Made by a program: the position numbers and the translations under genes
Assembly (NCBI GenBank): GCA_045537905.1
Contig: JAZSQJ010000067.1
Coordinates: 2,493-66,492, forward strand
Source: Eubacteriales bacterium
Lineage (GTDB): Bacteria > Bacillota > Clostridia > Oscillospirales > CAG-382
Direction: 5' to 3'
Length of the DNA stretch: 64,000 nt
Part shown: in pieces, positions 25,295 to 34,955 of the stretch
How positions within the stretch are numbered: the first letter of the stretch is position 1
Layout: every line of letters begins with the position of its first letter
Notes under the pieces: model-generated
The model's database searches: none
What the model was told of the DNA's origin: nothing
Seen by the model: the letters and a program-made list of their open reading frames with translations, nothing else

Positions 25295-26411
25295 CTTCTT
25301 GTTCCTCATCGGCGTTGGAAAGGTTATCAAACGCCTCACTGTATGTGCTGTAATCGCCGTAGATACCTGAGTACTCGGATTTCTTCATAATATGGATAGC
25401 ATCAGGCTCGATATATAAACCGATATTTGCACCAACGGGATGGAAGTCCTTAGTCTGTATCATCCACTTAAAGCCGCCGATGTCAACAATAATCTCGAAG
25501 TGTACGCCCTTGAAGGTGACGGAGGTAACAACGCCCTTAAGCATACCCTTGGCAGGGTCAACAACGTCAACGTCCTCAGGTCTTACAACAACGTCAACGG
25601 GCTCACCCTTGGAAAAGCCTTTGTCAAGGCAGGTGAAAACGGCACCGGAAAACTGCACCTTGTAGTCGTCAATCATAACGCCGTCAATAATATTACTTTC
25701 GCCGATAAAATCTGCAACAAAAGCATTTTCAGGCTCGTTATATATATCCTCAGGAGTGCCTATCTGCTGAATGACACCGTTATTCATAACAACAACGCGG
25801 TCAGACATAGAAAGGGCCTCTTCCTGGTCGTGGGTAACGTAAATAAAGGTTATACCCATACGTTTTTGTATATTCTTAAGCTCAACCTGCATATCCTTAC
25901 GAAGCTTAAGGTCAAGGGCACCAAGAGGCTCATCCAAGAGCAGCAGACGAGGATTCACCGCCAAAGCACGGGCGATAGCAACACGCTGCTGCTGACCGCC
26001 GGAGAGGGTTGAAATATCACGCTTTTCAAAGCCAAGCAAATTAACCATAGCCAGCATATCGTGTACGGTCTTTTTAATCTCAGCCTCGGGAGTACCCTTT
26101 ACACGCAAACCGAAGGCAATGTTTTCAAAAACATTGAGATGAGGGAACAACGCATATTTTTGAAATATTGTATTTACAGGACGCTTATGCGGAGGAAGGT
26201 TGCTGATTTCGTTATTTTCAAAATACACCTCGCCAGCATCAGCAGAAAGAAAACCCGCAATTATCCTAAGAGTGGTGGTTTTTCCGCATCCGGAAGGACC
26301 CAAAAGCGTAACAAATTCCTTGTCACAAATTTCAAGCGACACATTGTCTAAAATCTGATCGTCATCAAACTTAACCGATATGTCTTTCAGACGCAAAATA
26401 ACATTTTCCAA
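25287..26411 (-). CDS. potA: Spermidine/putrescine ABC transporter ATPase
   Basis: [24 protein letters not shown] and a C-terminal TOBE-like domain. Apparent TTG start with RBS AAAGGAG 10 nt upstream. Confidence 0.9.
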   Translation of the reverse strand: MENVILRLKDISVKFDDDQILDNVSLEICDKEFVTLLGPSGCGKTTTLRIIAGFLSADAGEVYFENNEISNLPPHKRPVNTIFQKYALFPHLNVFENIAFGLRVKGTPEAEIKKTVHDMLAMVNLLGFEKRDISTLSGGQQQRVAIARALAVNPRLLLLDEPLGALDLKLRKDMQVELKNIQKRMGITFIYVTHDQEEALSMSDRVVVMNNGVIQQIGTPEDIYNEPENAFVADFIGESNIIDGVMIDDYKVQFSGAVFTCLDKGFSKGEPVDVVVRPEDVDVVDPAKGMLKGVVTSVTFKGVHFEIIVDIGGFKWMIQTKDFHPVGANIGLYIEPDAIHIMKKSEYSGIYGDYSTYSEAFDNLSNADEEQEDE

Positions 26412-26465
26412 TCTTTCAGTACTCCTTTAATTTTGCAGAATTTTGTATTAATTTACAACAAATTG

Positions 26466-26494
26466 AATATACTTTTTTTTTAACGATTTGTCAA
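26466..26494 (-). promoter_or_regulatory. Candidate sigma-A promoter of potABCD
   Basis: On the minus strand: TTGACA (26494-26489), 17 nt spacer, TATATT (26471-26466). Confidence 0.5.
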
Positions 26495-26622
26495 TAGTTT
26501 AGGGTGAATTTCTAAATATTTTTTTATTTTAATCATTACCAAACAATATTTACAGTGTTTTAACAATTTTTTATACAATAAGTGCTATTATAAGATAATT
26601 AAATTAAGTTTGGAGTAATTTT

Positions 26623-27753
26623 ATGCTTAGTTCCCCTCTTATTACGTTTGCAGAAAACTACAGTTTTGAATTTCTTGATGAAACCGCATACGGTTTTATT
26701 AAGTCTTTTCTTGTTTCCGTTTATAACGACGGCTACAAAAAGGTTGCCTTTATAAACTACTTCACTCCCGAGTCTGACGAGGGTGACTCTATGCTTAAGC
26801 TCAAGCTCTCTGAAGAGATAAAGGGGCTTCAGCTTGATGCCCTTAAGGATTATGAAGTTCTTATTAACGGCGTTGCGTTCCGCACAAGTGCCGACTTGGT
26901 TGAATTTGATGCCGCTATCAGCGCCCTTTGTGACTTGCTTGCGGATAAGGGATTTTTACCCAGTCCCGTTTGCTCTGAGTGCGGCTACTCCGTAGCGGAG
27001 GATGGCGACGCTTTTATTTCCGTTATCGAAAACCGCGCCTGCTTTATGTGTGACGAGTGCACTGCTGAAGCCAGAAACGCCGTTGACGCACAGAGTTCAG
27101 ACGAAGGTAAAGGCAGTAAAAAGCGTGGCGTTGTTGCTGCCGTTATAGGCGGTTTTATTTCCCTTGCCGTGGTGCTTGTTTTGTTTATGTTTGCTTTCCC
27201 TGCCAAAGGGATTGTGTACGGCGACGCAGATACGGACGTTATAAGCTCCTTGCTCTTCTGCATCCCGCTTTTCGCCGTATCCACTGTGCTTACCTTCCTT
27301 AGTTATCGTTTATTAACAGGCCGTAAGGGGCCCGAAAGGATACTTCCCTGCTTCGTTATATCCGTAGTTTATACCCTTATCGGCATTTACCTTTCTACAG
27401 CTATACTGTATACCAATACCTTTGAGCTTAGCTTTAATCAGGCAGGCAGAATGCTTGGCACTATAATTTGTGCCCCCGTTACCGACCCATACTTCCGTAC
27501 CAAGCTTATAAGCTACGGTCTATACAGCCTTGCCGTTGTTATTGCGGTTACCTTAATCTACTCCTTGATTTTCGACACAAAGAAGCCTACTCAGACGGAG
27601 TTTATTCCTTTTGGTAAAAACGCTTATACTGAAGATACAGAGGAAGCTGAAGAGATGTGCGACTGCCACCACTGTCAGTACGTGGAGGACGGTTGTGAAG
27701 AAGCGGAGGATAATACCGAAGAAAACGAAAACAGCGAAGAAACAGAAGAATAA
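26623..27753 (+). CDS. Hypothetical membrane protein: soluble N-domain with a CxxC...CxxC ribbon, about 5 TM segments, and an acidic Cys/His tail
   Basis: CSECGY...CFMCDEC, then hydrophobic segments, then a C-terminal MCDCHHCQYVEDGCEE tail. RBS ggag. Confidence 0.6.
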   Translation: MLSSPLITFAENYSFEFLDETAYGFIKSFLVSVYNDGYKKVAFINYFTPESDEGDSMLKLKLSEEIKGLQLDALKDYEVLINGVAFRTSADLVEFDAAISALCDLLADKGFLPSPVCSECGYSVAEDGDAFISVIENRACFMCDECTAEARNAVDAQSSDEGKGSKKRGVVAAVIGGFISLAVVLVLFMFAFPAKGIVYGDADTDVISSLLFCIPLFAVSTVLTFLSYRLLTGRKGPERILPCFVISVVYTLIGIYLSTAILYTNTFELSFNQAGRMLGTIICAPVTDPYFRTKLISYGLYSLAVVIAVTLIYSLIFDTKKPTQTEFIPFGKNAYTEDTEEAEEMCDCHHCQYVEDGCEEAEDNTEENENSEETEE

Positions 27754-27821
27754 AACGGCAGTTTTAAGCTGTTTTTAAGTTAAATATAATATTCCTTTAA
27801 TCGTCGAGGAGGTGTTATATT

Positions 27822-28496
27822 ATGCGTGTTTTGATAGTTGAAGACGAAAAACGCATTGCAGACGCTTTAGGACGCATTATGAAGGATAACAAGCATTCCT
27901 GTGACGTTGTGTATGACGGTCTTGACGGTTACCTTTATGCCGAAAGCGACATATACGACGTCATTATTCTTGATGTGATGTTACCTAAAATGAGCGGTCT
28001 TGAGGTTGTTAAAAAGCTAAGGGATAAAAAAATAAAAACCCCGGTGTTACTTCTTACAGCAAGGGACTCCATACAGGACAAGGTTGTGGGCCTGGACAGC
28101 GGCGCTGACGATTATCTGACCAAGCCCTTCTCTAAGGACGAGCTGCTTGCCAGAATTAGGGCACTTACCAGAAGACAGGGCGAGGTTATTATGGAGGAGC
28201 TTACTTTCTCCGACGTTACCCTGGGGCTTTCGACCTACACCCTCAGCTGTGGAGAAAAATCCATACATCTTGGCTATAAGGAGTTTGCTATCCTTAAGCT
28301 TTTGATGTCCAACCCTAAAAACGTTGTCCAAAAAGAGGATATAATTACCAAGGTTTGGGGTTACGACTCTGATGCGGAGGACAACAACGTAGAGGTTTAT
28401 ATCTCATTTCTCCGTAAAAAGCTTTCCTTTTTAGGTTCAAGAGTCGGTATAGGTACCGTAAGAAAAATAGGTTATCATTTGGAGGAGTCTGTTTGA
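27822..28496 (+). CDS. OmpR/PhoB-family response regulator
   Basis: Receiver domain (DVIILDVMLP, TKPF) plus a winged-helix C-terminus (VEVYISFLRKKL). Confidence 0.9.
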   Translation: MRVLIVEDEKRIADALGRIMKDNKHSCDVVYDGLDGYLYAESDIYDVIILDVMLPKMSGLEVVKKLRDKKIKTPVLLLTARDSIQDKVVGLDSGADDYLTKPFSKDELLARIRALTRRQGEVIMEELTFSDVTLGLSTYTLSCGEKSIHLGYKEFAILKLLMSNPKNVVQKEDIITKVWGYDSDAEDNNVEVYISFLRKKLSFLGSRVGIGTVRKIGYHLEESV

Positions 28497-29683
28497 TAAA
28501 ACGGCTTAAAAGAAAGTTTATACTTATTAACGTGTTTTCCGTAGTTGTGGTTATAATTATAGCTTTTTACTGCAATTATTCCTTTAACCGTGCCAATATG
28601 TATATGGAAAGCGTAAGGGTGATGGAAAACGCAATCGAGGACAAAGCACCTAAAAGTATGCAAACCTTTTTGGTGTTTGTAAATAACAACGATCTGATAT
28701 ATCAGGTCAGAGGTTATACCGGTGCTTTGGCTGATGATTTTACAGAGGTGTCTAACCTGACTATAACTGCCCTGTCCTCTCAAAGAGAGGTTGGGGATAT
28801 ATTGGGTGCAAACATCCGCTATATGAAAAAGAATGCTCCCGAGGGGAAAATCGTTGCATTTTACAGCACCGTGGAAGAAAAGCTTGCTCTGGACGGTATT
28901 ATGCGTTTTTCCACTTATATTGGCATTTGCTGTGTGATAGTATTTTTCTGCGTTTCCGTTTATCTGGCAAGCATAGCTACAGACCCCGTGGAGGAATCTC
29001 TTGAGCATAGAAAACAGTTTATTGCAGACGCTTCTCACGAGCTTAAAACGCCTCTTACTGCTATTATGTCCTCCTCGGACGTGCTGATAGAGTCTCCCGA
29101 TATCAAGGGTGACGATAAGCTTATGCTTACCGGAATAAGGGAAGCCGCAGGCGATATGTCCGTGCTGGTAAACAATATGCTTAACCTTGCACGCACTGAG
29201 GACGAAACCGCAAAACGAACAGAAGAAACGGTTAATTTCAGTGAGCTGGCAACGGCAGTAGCACTGGACTATGAATATATACTTTTTGAGGCGGAAAAAA
29301 ACTTCAGTTCAGACATAGACCCCGATATCAACGTCTTTGGCTGTGCTAACGAACTTAAACAGCTGATGGTTATATTCCTTGATAACGCACGTAAATATTC
29401 CGATGCAAAAGGCAAAATCGAGCTTTCCCTTAAAAACGTACAGGATAAAGCCGTTCTTACCGTTTATAATACAGGTGAGCCTATCCCCGAGGAGGAGCTT
29501 GACAAGATATTTGAGCGTTTTTACCGTGTAGACAAGGTTAGAGGTGCGGCATCCGGCTACGGACTGGGTCTATCCATAGCAAAGAATATTTCCGATAACC
29601 ATTCCACAAAAATAAGCGTTGTAAGCAACGTAGACGGCACTTCCTTTTCGGTTCCTTTCAAAACAGTCAAACCCGGCAGGTGA
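28493..29683 (+). CDS. Sensor histidine kinase
   Basis: Two TM segments, H-box SHELKTPLT, N-box LDNARKY, and G-box GYGLGLSIA. Overlaps the response regulator gene by 4 nt. Confidence 0.88.
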   Translation: MIKRLKRKFILINVFSVVVVIIIAFYCNYSFNRANMYMESVRVMENAIEDKAPKSMQTFLVFVNNNDLIYQVRGYTGALADDFTEVSNLTITALSSQREVGDILGANIRYMKKNAPEGKIVAFYSTVEEKLALDGIMRFSTYIGICCVIVFFCVSVYLASIATDPVEESLEHRKQFIADASHELKTPLTAIMSSSDVLIESPDIKGDDKLMLTGIREAAGDMSVLVNNMLNLARTEDETAKRTEETVNFSELATAVALDYEYILFEAEKNFSSDIDPDINVFGCANELKQLMVIFLDNARKYSDAKGKIELSLKNVQDKAVLTVYNTGEPIPEEELDKIFERFYRVDKVRGAASGYGLGLSIAKNISDNHSTKISVVSNVDGTSFSVPFKTVKPGR

Positions 29684-29687
29684 TTTT

Positions 29688-30842
29688 ATGAAGAAAACAA
29701 TAATAATAGCAATTCTGATCATATGTACAGTACTATCAGGTACGGCGTGTTCCCCTTCTTTAGTAAATAAGGTCAATACAAACAGCAAATCCGAAGAATC
29801 AGAAGTCAACGCTCCCCCTGACAGCAACAAAACTCCATCATCAACAGAAAACGTAGATCTATCTTCAAAAGGCGAAAACAGTCTAGACAGAGAGTTTATA
29901 ACCGCCAGCGGTGACGAACGTCTTGGTTTATCAAGCGTTGTAAGCTCAATACAAAACAGCGTTGTTGCTATTAACGTAACAGGCACCGCTTCTTACTACC
30001 ACTACACTTACCCTACCGAAGGCAGTGGCAGCGGTGTTATCATTTCTGATGACGGATATATTATTACCAATAACCACGTTATAAGCGGCGGTAACAATAT
30101 AACGGTATTCCTTAATAATAACAGCTCCTACTCCGCAAAACTGGTAGGCTCTGACCCCGTTACGGATATAGCTGTTTTGAAGATAGAGGCAACGGGACTT
30201 AAGGCGGCATCCTTTGGCGATTCCTCCACGCTGAGAGTTGGAGATTTTGCTCTTGCAATCGGCAACCCTCTGGGTGAATACCAGGGCAGCGTTACCTTTG
30301 GTATAGTCAGCGCCCTTAACCGTGAAATAGAGATTGATAACGAAACCCATACTATGTTTCAGGTAGACGCCGCAATAAACCCGGGCAACTCGGGTGGCGG
30401 GATGTTTGACAGCAACGGTATGCTTATCGGTATAGTAACAGCCAAGAACGTCAGCGAAGAGGTTGAAGGACTGGGCTTTGTATTACCGATGAACGACGTT
30501 AAACCCGTAGTTGAGGACCTTATAAACCACGGTTATGTTACAGGCAGACCTACCCTGGGCTTTGAGCCGGTGGAGATAACCAGTATGCGTGTAGCGGCTT
30601 ATTACGGTCTTAATAAGCTGGGTGTATACGTAAACAAGGTTATAGAGGGGTCTTGTGCTGAGGATTGCGGTCTGCAGTTTTTGGACTATATCAATATGGC
30701 AGACGGCGAGGTCATTGCCACCGTTGACCGCCTGTATGAAATTTTAGAAAGCAAAAAGGTAGGCGACACCTTACTTCTTGAGGTATGGCGCGGTGACTCT
30801 GTAATTGACGTGGTGCTAATCATCGAGGAGCGTGTAAACTAA
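29688..30842 (+). CDS. HtrA/DegP-family serine protease (S1C) with a PDZ domain, lipoprotein
   Basis: Lipobox GTAC. Catalytic residues in NNHVI, DIAVLKI and GNSGGG. C-terminal PDZ-like region. Confidence 0.88.
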   Translation: MKKTIIIAILIICTVLSGTACSPSLVNKVNTNSKSEESEVNAPPDSNKTPSSTENVDLSSKGENSLDREFITASGDERLGLSSVVSSIQNSVVAINVTGTASYYHYTYPTEGSGSGVIISDDGYIITNNHVISGGNNITVFLNNNSSYSAKLVGSDPVTDIAVLKIEATGLKAASFGDSSTLRVGDFALAIGNPLGEYQGSVTFGIVSALNREIEIDNETHTMFQVDAAINPGNSGGGMFDSNGMLIGIVTAKNVSEEVEGLGFVLPMNDVKPVVEDLINHGYVTGRPTLGFEPVEITSMRVAAYYGLNKLGVYVNKVIEGSCAEDCGLQFLDYINMADGEVIATVDRLYEILESKKVGDTLLLEVWRGDSVIDVVLIIEERVN

Positions 30843-30860
30843 TCCTCTTCCCTATTATAT

Positions 30861-30898
30861 AAAAAATCCGTTGCAGCGATAGCTACAACGGATTTTTT
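30861..30898. terminator. Bidirectional rho-independent terminator between convergent genes
   Basis: aaaaaatccgttg ... caacggatttttt, with A/T runs on both sides. Confidence 0.8.
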
Positions 30899-30907
30899 AT
30901 ATAATAA

Positions 30908-31414
30908 CTATTTCCAGTTAAACTTTTTGGAAGAAAGCTTGCTTGCCAAAATAACCTTAAGGTTTTCAAGCTGTTCAGCATCCAGTGCAGAAACGTCAAC
31001 CAAGAAGGCGTGGTTTTTGTCTATAAACAAGTATAAATCATTTTTATTTTTCACAAGCTTAACCAAAGTATCGTATTTTCTTACTGCTGCTTCGTTCACA
31101 GCCCCGGTATCAAAGTGTGTACGGATTTCGTTTTCTGTAAAACTGTAATGAATTGTTACGTTTTTATTCTTGGATTTGTTAACGCTTATTATGGGCAACA
31201 CCAAATATAAAAATATTTCAAAAAAATCAAAAAACAGCAGCATATACATAATAAATCTTGTATCGCTTGATAGATTACCTGCTACAAGCTCTGCGATAGC
31301 AAAAACCGTAGTTATAATAACGGCTATCCATAAAAGCTTTTTCTGTGCCGCAACATAATAGTTAAACCTTAAAAGCCTTTTCTTGGTATAAACAGTGGTA
31401 ACATCAATTTGCAT
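30908..31414 (-). CDS. YcxB-like small membrane protein
   Basis: Two central TM helices followed by a ~90-aa soluble C-domain. This is an architecture-based call only. Confidence 0.5.
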   Translation of the reverse strand: MQIDVTTVYTKKRLLRFNYYVAAQKKLLWIAVIITTVFAIAELVAGNLSSDTRFIMYMLLFFDFFEIFLYLVLPIISVNKSKNKNVTIHYSFTENEIRTHFDTGAVNEAAVRKYDTLVKLVKNKNDLYLFIDKNHAFLVDVSALDAEQLENLKVILASKLSSKKFNWK

Positions 31415-31417
31415 AAT

Positions 31418-33691
31418 TCAAACCTCCTTTTTATAAACCAAACTATCTTCAACTGCAATAATTTTATCCATAGGAACATCCGTATTACAGAATAGCGAGA
31501 ACTGCCAATCGTAGCAGGTGTCCAGATAATGGAAAATCTTGTGCATAATCCCACGAAGCTGTTCAAGCTCAGTTTCCGGTGTAAACGTAATAACAAAAGC
31601 ACTTGTAAAAAAGTCCTCGGTTATAACCTTGCGAACAAGGTGTATACGCTCCACAACACCTTCATCAATGCGATTTATGTAGGATAATATATCCTCCAGC
31701 AATCCATCGGGAAGCTTTTCTGTAACAAGGGTGTCATCCTTAACGATATAACCCGTTTTTCCGTATTTATCCTCGTATTCTTGGCCAAGCTCGCTAGCCC
31801 TTTGTCTGTATTCATCAAGCCTTTCCTGATTGCCGGTCATACAGCAGTAGGCACCAATATAATGCATACCCTCGTGAAAATAATTTGTATTTGTTTCTAT
31901 TGCTTTGTAAATATACTCAATACCTTCGTCATTGAAACAGTGCAGCAAAAACGCACCGTACATATAATGTGCGTAGTGAGAGGCACCCTCGTCCAAGACT
32001 TCCATAGCCTGCTTTGCTACTTCATTAGCTTCAGTATTTCTGCAAAGAGTACGAAGGGCATCTATAACATCCGCATATTCCTCTGCGACGATAGGTTTGC
32101 CTGCGTTTTCCCATTCTTCTATAAGCTCTTTTGGCTTGACGTATTCCCTTTCCCTGATATCTGCGTATTTTTCCTCTGTTTCAAATCTCTTTGCAAACAA
32201 ATCCTCTGCAAATTCAACAGCCTTATCCTGCTCAGCCTTGTATGCAAGGCTGGGCGGCACAGTAAGGATTTTCATTTCAGAAACTCCCAGGGTTTCAAGA
32301 CGCATCTTCAAGGTGGGGTGAGTAGTGGCTCTGGATATTATAGCCACCTTTGCATATCCATTCCAAAGCTCGGCGTGTTTTTCCACAGCCTTTTTGTAGA
32401 GTGCCAGCTCCCTCCTTACCGTTCCCCTGTTGTATTCTTCGGAAACGAAGAGAGAGTCGGTATCGTAGGTGCCTTTTTCCCACTGATGCATTTCGTCATA
32501 ATAAACTTTAAGCAAAGCGGAAGCGGCAGCCTCGATGTCTCCGCATAGAAGCATAGCCTTGTCCGAGTCCGTTTCTAACATTATTGAGCTGGCATACATA
32601 TACATATTATGGTTGAACTGCCAAAGGGTAGCAGGATAATCAATCATATATATGGATAGCTTTTCATAAGGCAATAAAACGTATGGGCAAGACAGCCATT
32701 TATGAGCTACACCCTTTTCGTTGTATATGGTCGGCGCCTTCATATGGGCAAACTCGTGGAGGAGTATGGCATACAGCTCATCCTCAGTGAGATTGTTTAT
32801 AAGCAATACGCCCAGATTTACCAAGCAATAACCGTCACCTCTGGCTATCATTGCATTAAAACTGCATTCAATCGTAATTCTTATCTCTTTTTTCCAACCA
32901 ACGCGATCGGCCGCCTTGCGTGCTAGACCGAAAATAACCGGATAATCCTCCTCCGATATAAGCTCTACACCTTCAAGCTCGTCATTGTTTATAAAAGGAT
33001 AAAAATTTGCCAGACCCGTTCTTATAAGAATAAAGGAAGCTAAAAAAGCAAACACGGCTGTACCTTGATAAGAAAATACAAGTATTGCACCGCAAAGTAT
33101 AAACAGTATAGCATAAGCACGGGAAAGGGTGTGTATCCGTTTTAGGGTCTTTTTCTTTTGCTCTACGGTTTTATAAGCCTCGTCTCGGTGGGATGCTATA
33201 TAATTTTGCCTTTCGCCAAAATTCATTTTCTTAAATTTATTTACATATAAGCGTTTCAGAAGCAAGCTTCCTATAATAGTCAGTAAAGGCAGCAGTCCGC
33301 TTGCCGCATTAGTCCAAAGCAAGCACCCCCTATATGCGTCCTTGGTTATAGAGCTAAAGTATAGACCGCCGCCCCAGGCAAGCAAAACGATAACAAAAGA
33401 TAAGGTATAATGGGTAGTTGCAATCTTTTTTACCGATGGAGGCACGGGTATATCAGGCTCCTGTTCCCGGGACCGTGCGGAGGGATATAGCTTATTGTAT
33501 TTGTTGCTTAAAAATATCAAGGCGGCAACAACCAAAAGCTCGGCAATAATAAAAGCTGCAAAAATATACTCATCAGTTTGGCTGTAATCCTTCATAGCTT
33601 TGAAATCCGTTAAATACAAATTAAGGAAAAGCAAACCAAACATCAATATAACACATACAATGATCTCAAACTTCAACGCCTTTTTGCTCAT
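31418..33691 (-). CDS. Membrane-embedded M48-like zinc metallopeptidase with a long soluble C-terminal extension
   Basis: I chose the start at MSKKALKF (RBS GAAGGAG). Multiple N-terminal TM segments. HEFAH (HExxH) and a downstream THPTLKMR motif. Confidence 0.7.
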   Translation of the reverse strand: MSKKALKFEIIVCVILMFGLLFLNLYLTDFKAMKDYSQTDEYIFAAFIIAELLVVAALIFLSNKYNKLYPSARSREQEPDIPVPPSVKKIATTHYTLSFVIVLLAWGGGLYFSSITKDAYRGCLLWTNAASGLLPLLTIIGSLLLKRLYVNKFKKMNFGERQNYIASHRDEAYKTVEQKKKTLKRIHTLSRAYAILFILCGAILVFSYQGTAVFAFLASFILIRTGLANFYPFINNDELEGVELISEEDYPVIFGLARKAADRVGWKKEIRITIECSFNAMIARGDGYCLVNLGVLLINNLTEDELYAILLHEFAHMKAPTIYNEKGVAHKWLSCPYVLLPYEKLSIYMIDYPATLWQFNHNMYMYASSIMLETDSDKAMLLCGDIEAAASALLKVYYDEMHQWEKGTYDTDSLFVSEEYNRGTVRRELALYKKAVEKHAELWNGYAKVAIISRATTHPTLKMRLETLGVSEMKILTVPPSLAYKAEQDKAVEFAEDLFAKRFETEEKYADIREREYVKPKELIEEWENAGKPIVAEEYADVIDALRTLCRNTEANEVAKQAMEVLDEGASHYAHYMYGAFLLHCFNDEGIEYIYKAIETNTNYFHEGMHYIGAYCCMTGNQERLDEYRQRASELGQEYEDKYGKTGYIVKDDTLVTEKLPDGLLEDILSYINRIDEGVVERIHLVRKVITEDFFTSAFVITFTPETELEQLRGIMHKIFHYLDTCYDWQFSLFCNTDVPMDKIIAVEDSLVYKKEV

Positions 33692-33712
33692 AGTAACTCC
33701 TTCTGCAAAGTC

Positions 33713-33742
33713 AAAAGTGCCATACCAAAAACAGTACGGCAC
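33713..33742 (-). terminator. Terminator after pfkA
   Basis: Minus-strand RNA: gugccguac, loop uguuuuug, guauggcac (one G-U pair), followed by uuuu. Confidence 0.6.
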
Positions 33743-33750
33743 TAAAGGGA

Positions 33751-34821
33751 TTAAAGACTAACGGTTTCTATAAGATTACGAATATAATCCTTATAACCTT
33801 TTTTAGCCGCAATAAACTTATTCATCTCGAAGAGCTGGCTGGGAGGAATCATCCTAACCTGCTCCGGCGTAAGCTTATCCTTATAAAGGTTATCAAGGGT
33901 AACGGCATAGGACATTTCAACAGAGGTGATATCATTGCCACGGGCGCAGATAACGTCGTTTGTATCACCCATAAGCAAGCAATTTACAGCTGCGGCACCC
34001 ATCTGGGTAGCAAGCACCCTGTCTCTCAAAGTAGGAGAGCCGCCGCGCTGGATATAACCAAGGATAGAAAGTCTGGTTTCAATCCCTGTTTCTGCCTCAA
34101 TCTTTTTAACAAGAGCAGGACCGTAATCCTTACCCATACCCTCGCAGATAATGATAATAAAGTTACGTTTGCCTGCATGACGTGCTTTTATCATCTTGTG
34201 TATCAAGGCATCGATATCAACATCGTACTCACGAACAACTGCGGCAACGGCACCAACGGATATAGCTGTTTGGATAGCTATATCGCCTGCCTGTCTGCCC
34301 ATAACCTCAATAACGTTACAACGGGAGTGGCTTTCACCTGTGTCACGGATTTTATCTATCAAATCAACAACAGTATTCATAGCGGTGTCAAAACCTATAG
34401 TAACGTCGGTTGCGGCAATGTCGTTGTCGATGGTGCAAGGCACGCCAACGCAAGGAATGCCCTCCTCAGAGAGGTCATAGGCACCTCTGAAGGTGCCGTC
34501 ACCACCAAGGGCAACAATACCGTCGATGTTATTGGAGCGGCAAACATCAGCGGCTTTTTTTACACCCTCAGCAGTACGAAACTCGTCACAACGGGCGGTG
34601 TACAGCATTGTGCCGCCGCGGTTAATAATATAGGAAACATCACGCTCGGTCATAGGCATCATTTCCTGATCTATAAGTCCCTGATAACCGTTGCGGATAC
34701 CGATAACATTAAGACCGTGATAAAGCCCTGTTCTTGCAACGGCACGAATAGCCGCATTCATCCCGGGAGCGTCACCGCCGGATGTAAGAACTCCAATGGT
34801 TTTAATCTGTTTTCTTGCCAT
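33751..34821 (-). CDS. pfkA: ATP-dependent 6-phosphofructokinase
   Basis: GVLTSGGDAPGMNAAIR, GGDGT, TIDND and MGR. I chose the start at MARKQ (RBS GGAGG). Confidence 0.92.
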   Translation of the reverse strand: MARKQIKTIGVLTSGGDAPGMNAAIRAVARTGLYHGLNVIGIRNGYQGLIDQEMMPMTERDVSYIINRGGTMLYTARCDEFRTAEGVKKAADVCRSNNIDGIVALGGDGTFRGAYDLSEEGIPCVGVPCTIDNDIAATDVTIGFDTAMNTVVDLIDKIRDTGESHSRCNVIEVMGRQAGDIAIQTAISVGAVAAVVREYDVDIDALIHKMIKARHAGKRNFIIIICEGMGKDYGPALVKKIEAETGIETRLSILGYIQRGGSPTLRDRVLATQMGAAAVNCLLMGDTNDVICARGNDITSVEMSYAVTLDNLYKDKLTPEQVRMIPPSQLFEMNKFIAAKKGYKDYIRNLIETVSL

Positions 34822-34901
34822 AATAACCTCCAAAAAACACACAATCAAAGGTACAAAAACGTACTTTATGAGTATAGAATATATTTTTGCGCTTTTGATT
34901 T

Positions 34902-34932
34902 AATGACAGGGAGCATTACGCTCCCTGTCATT
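34902..34932 (-). terminator. Strong hairpin after hydA
   Basis: aatgacagggagc / gctccctgtcatt 13-bp stem with loop attac. No clean U-tract on the minus strand. Confidence 0.55.
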
Positions 34933-34955
34933 ATTAATCGGATTTTGTTTAGAGA

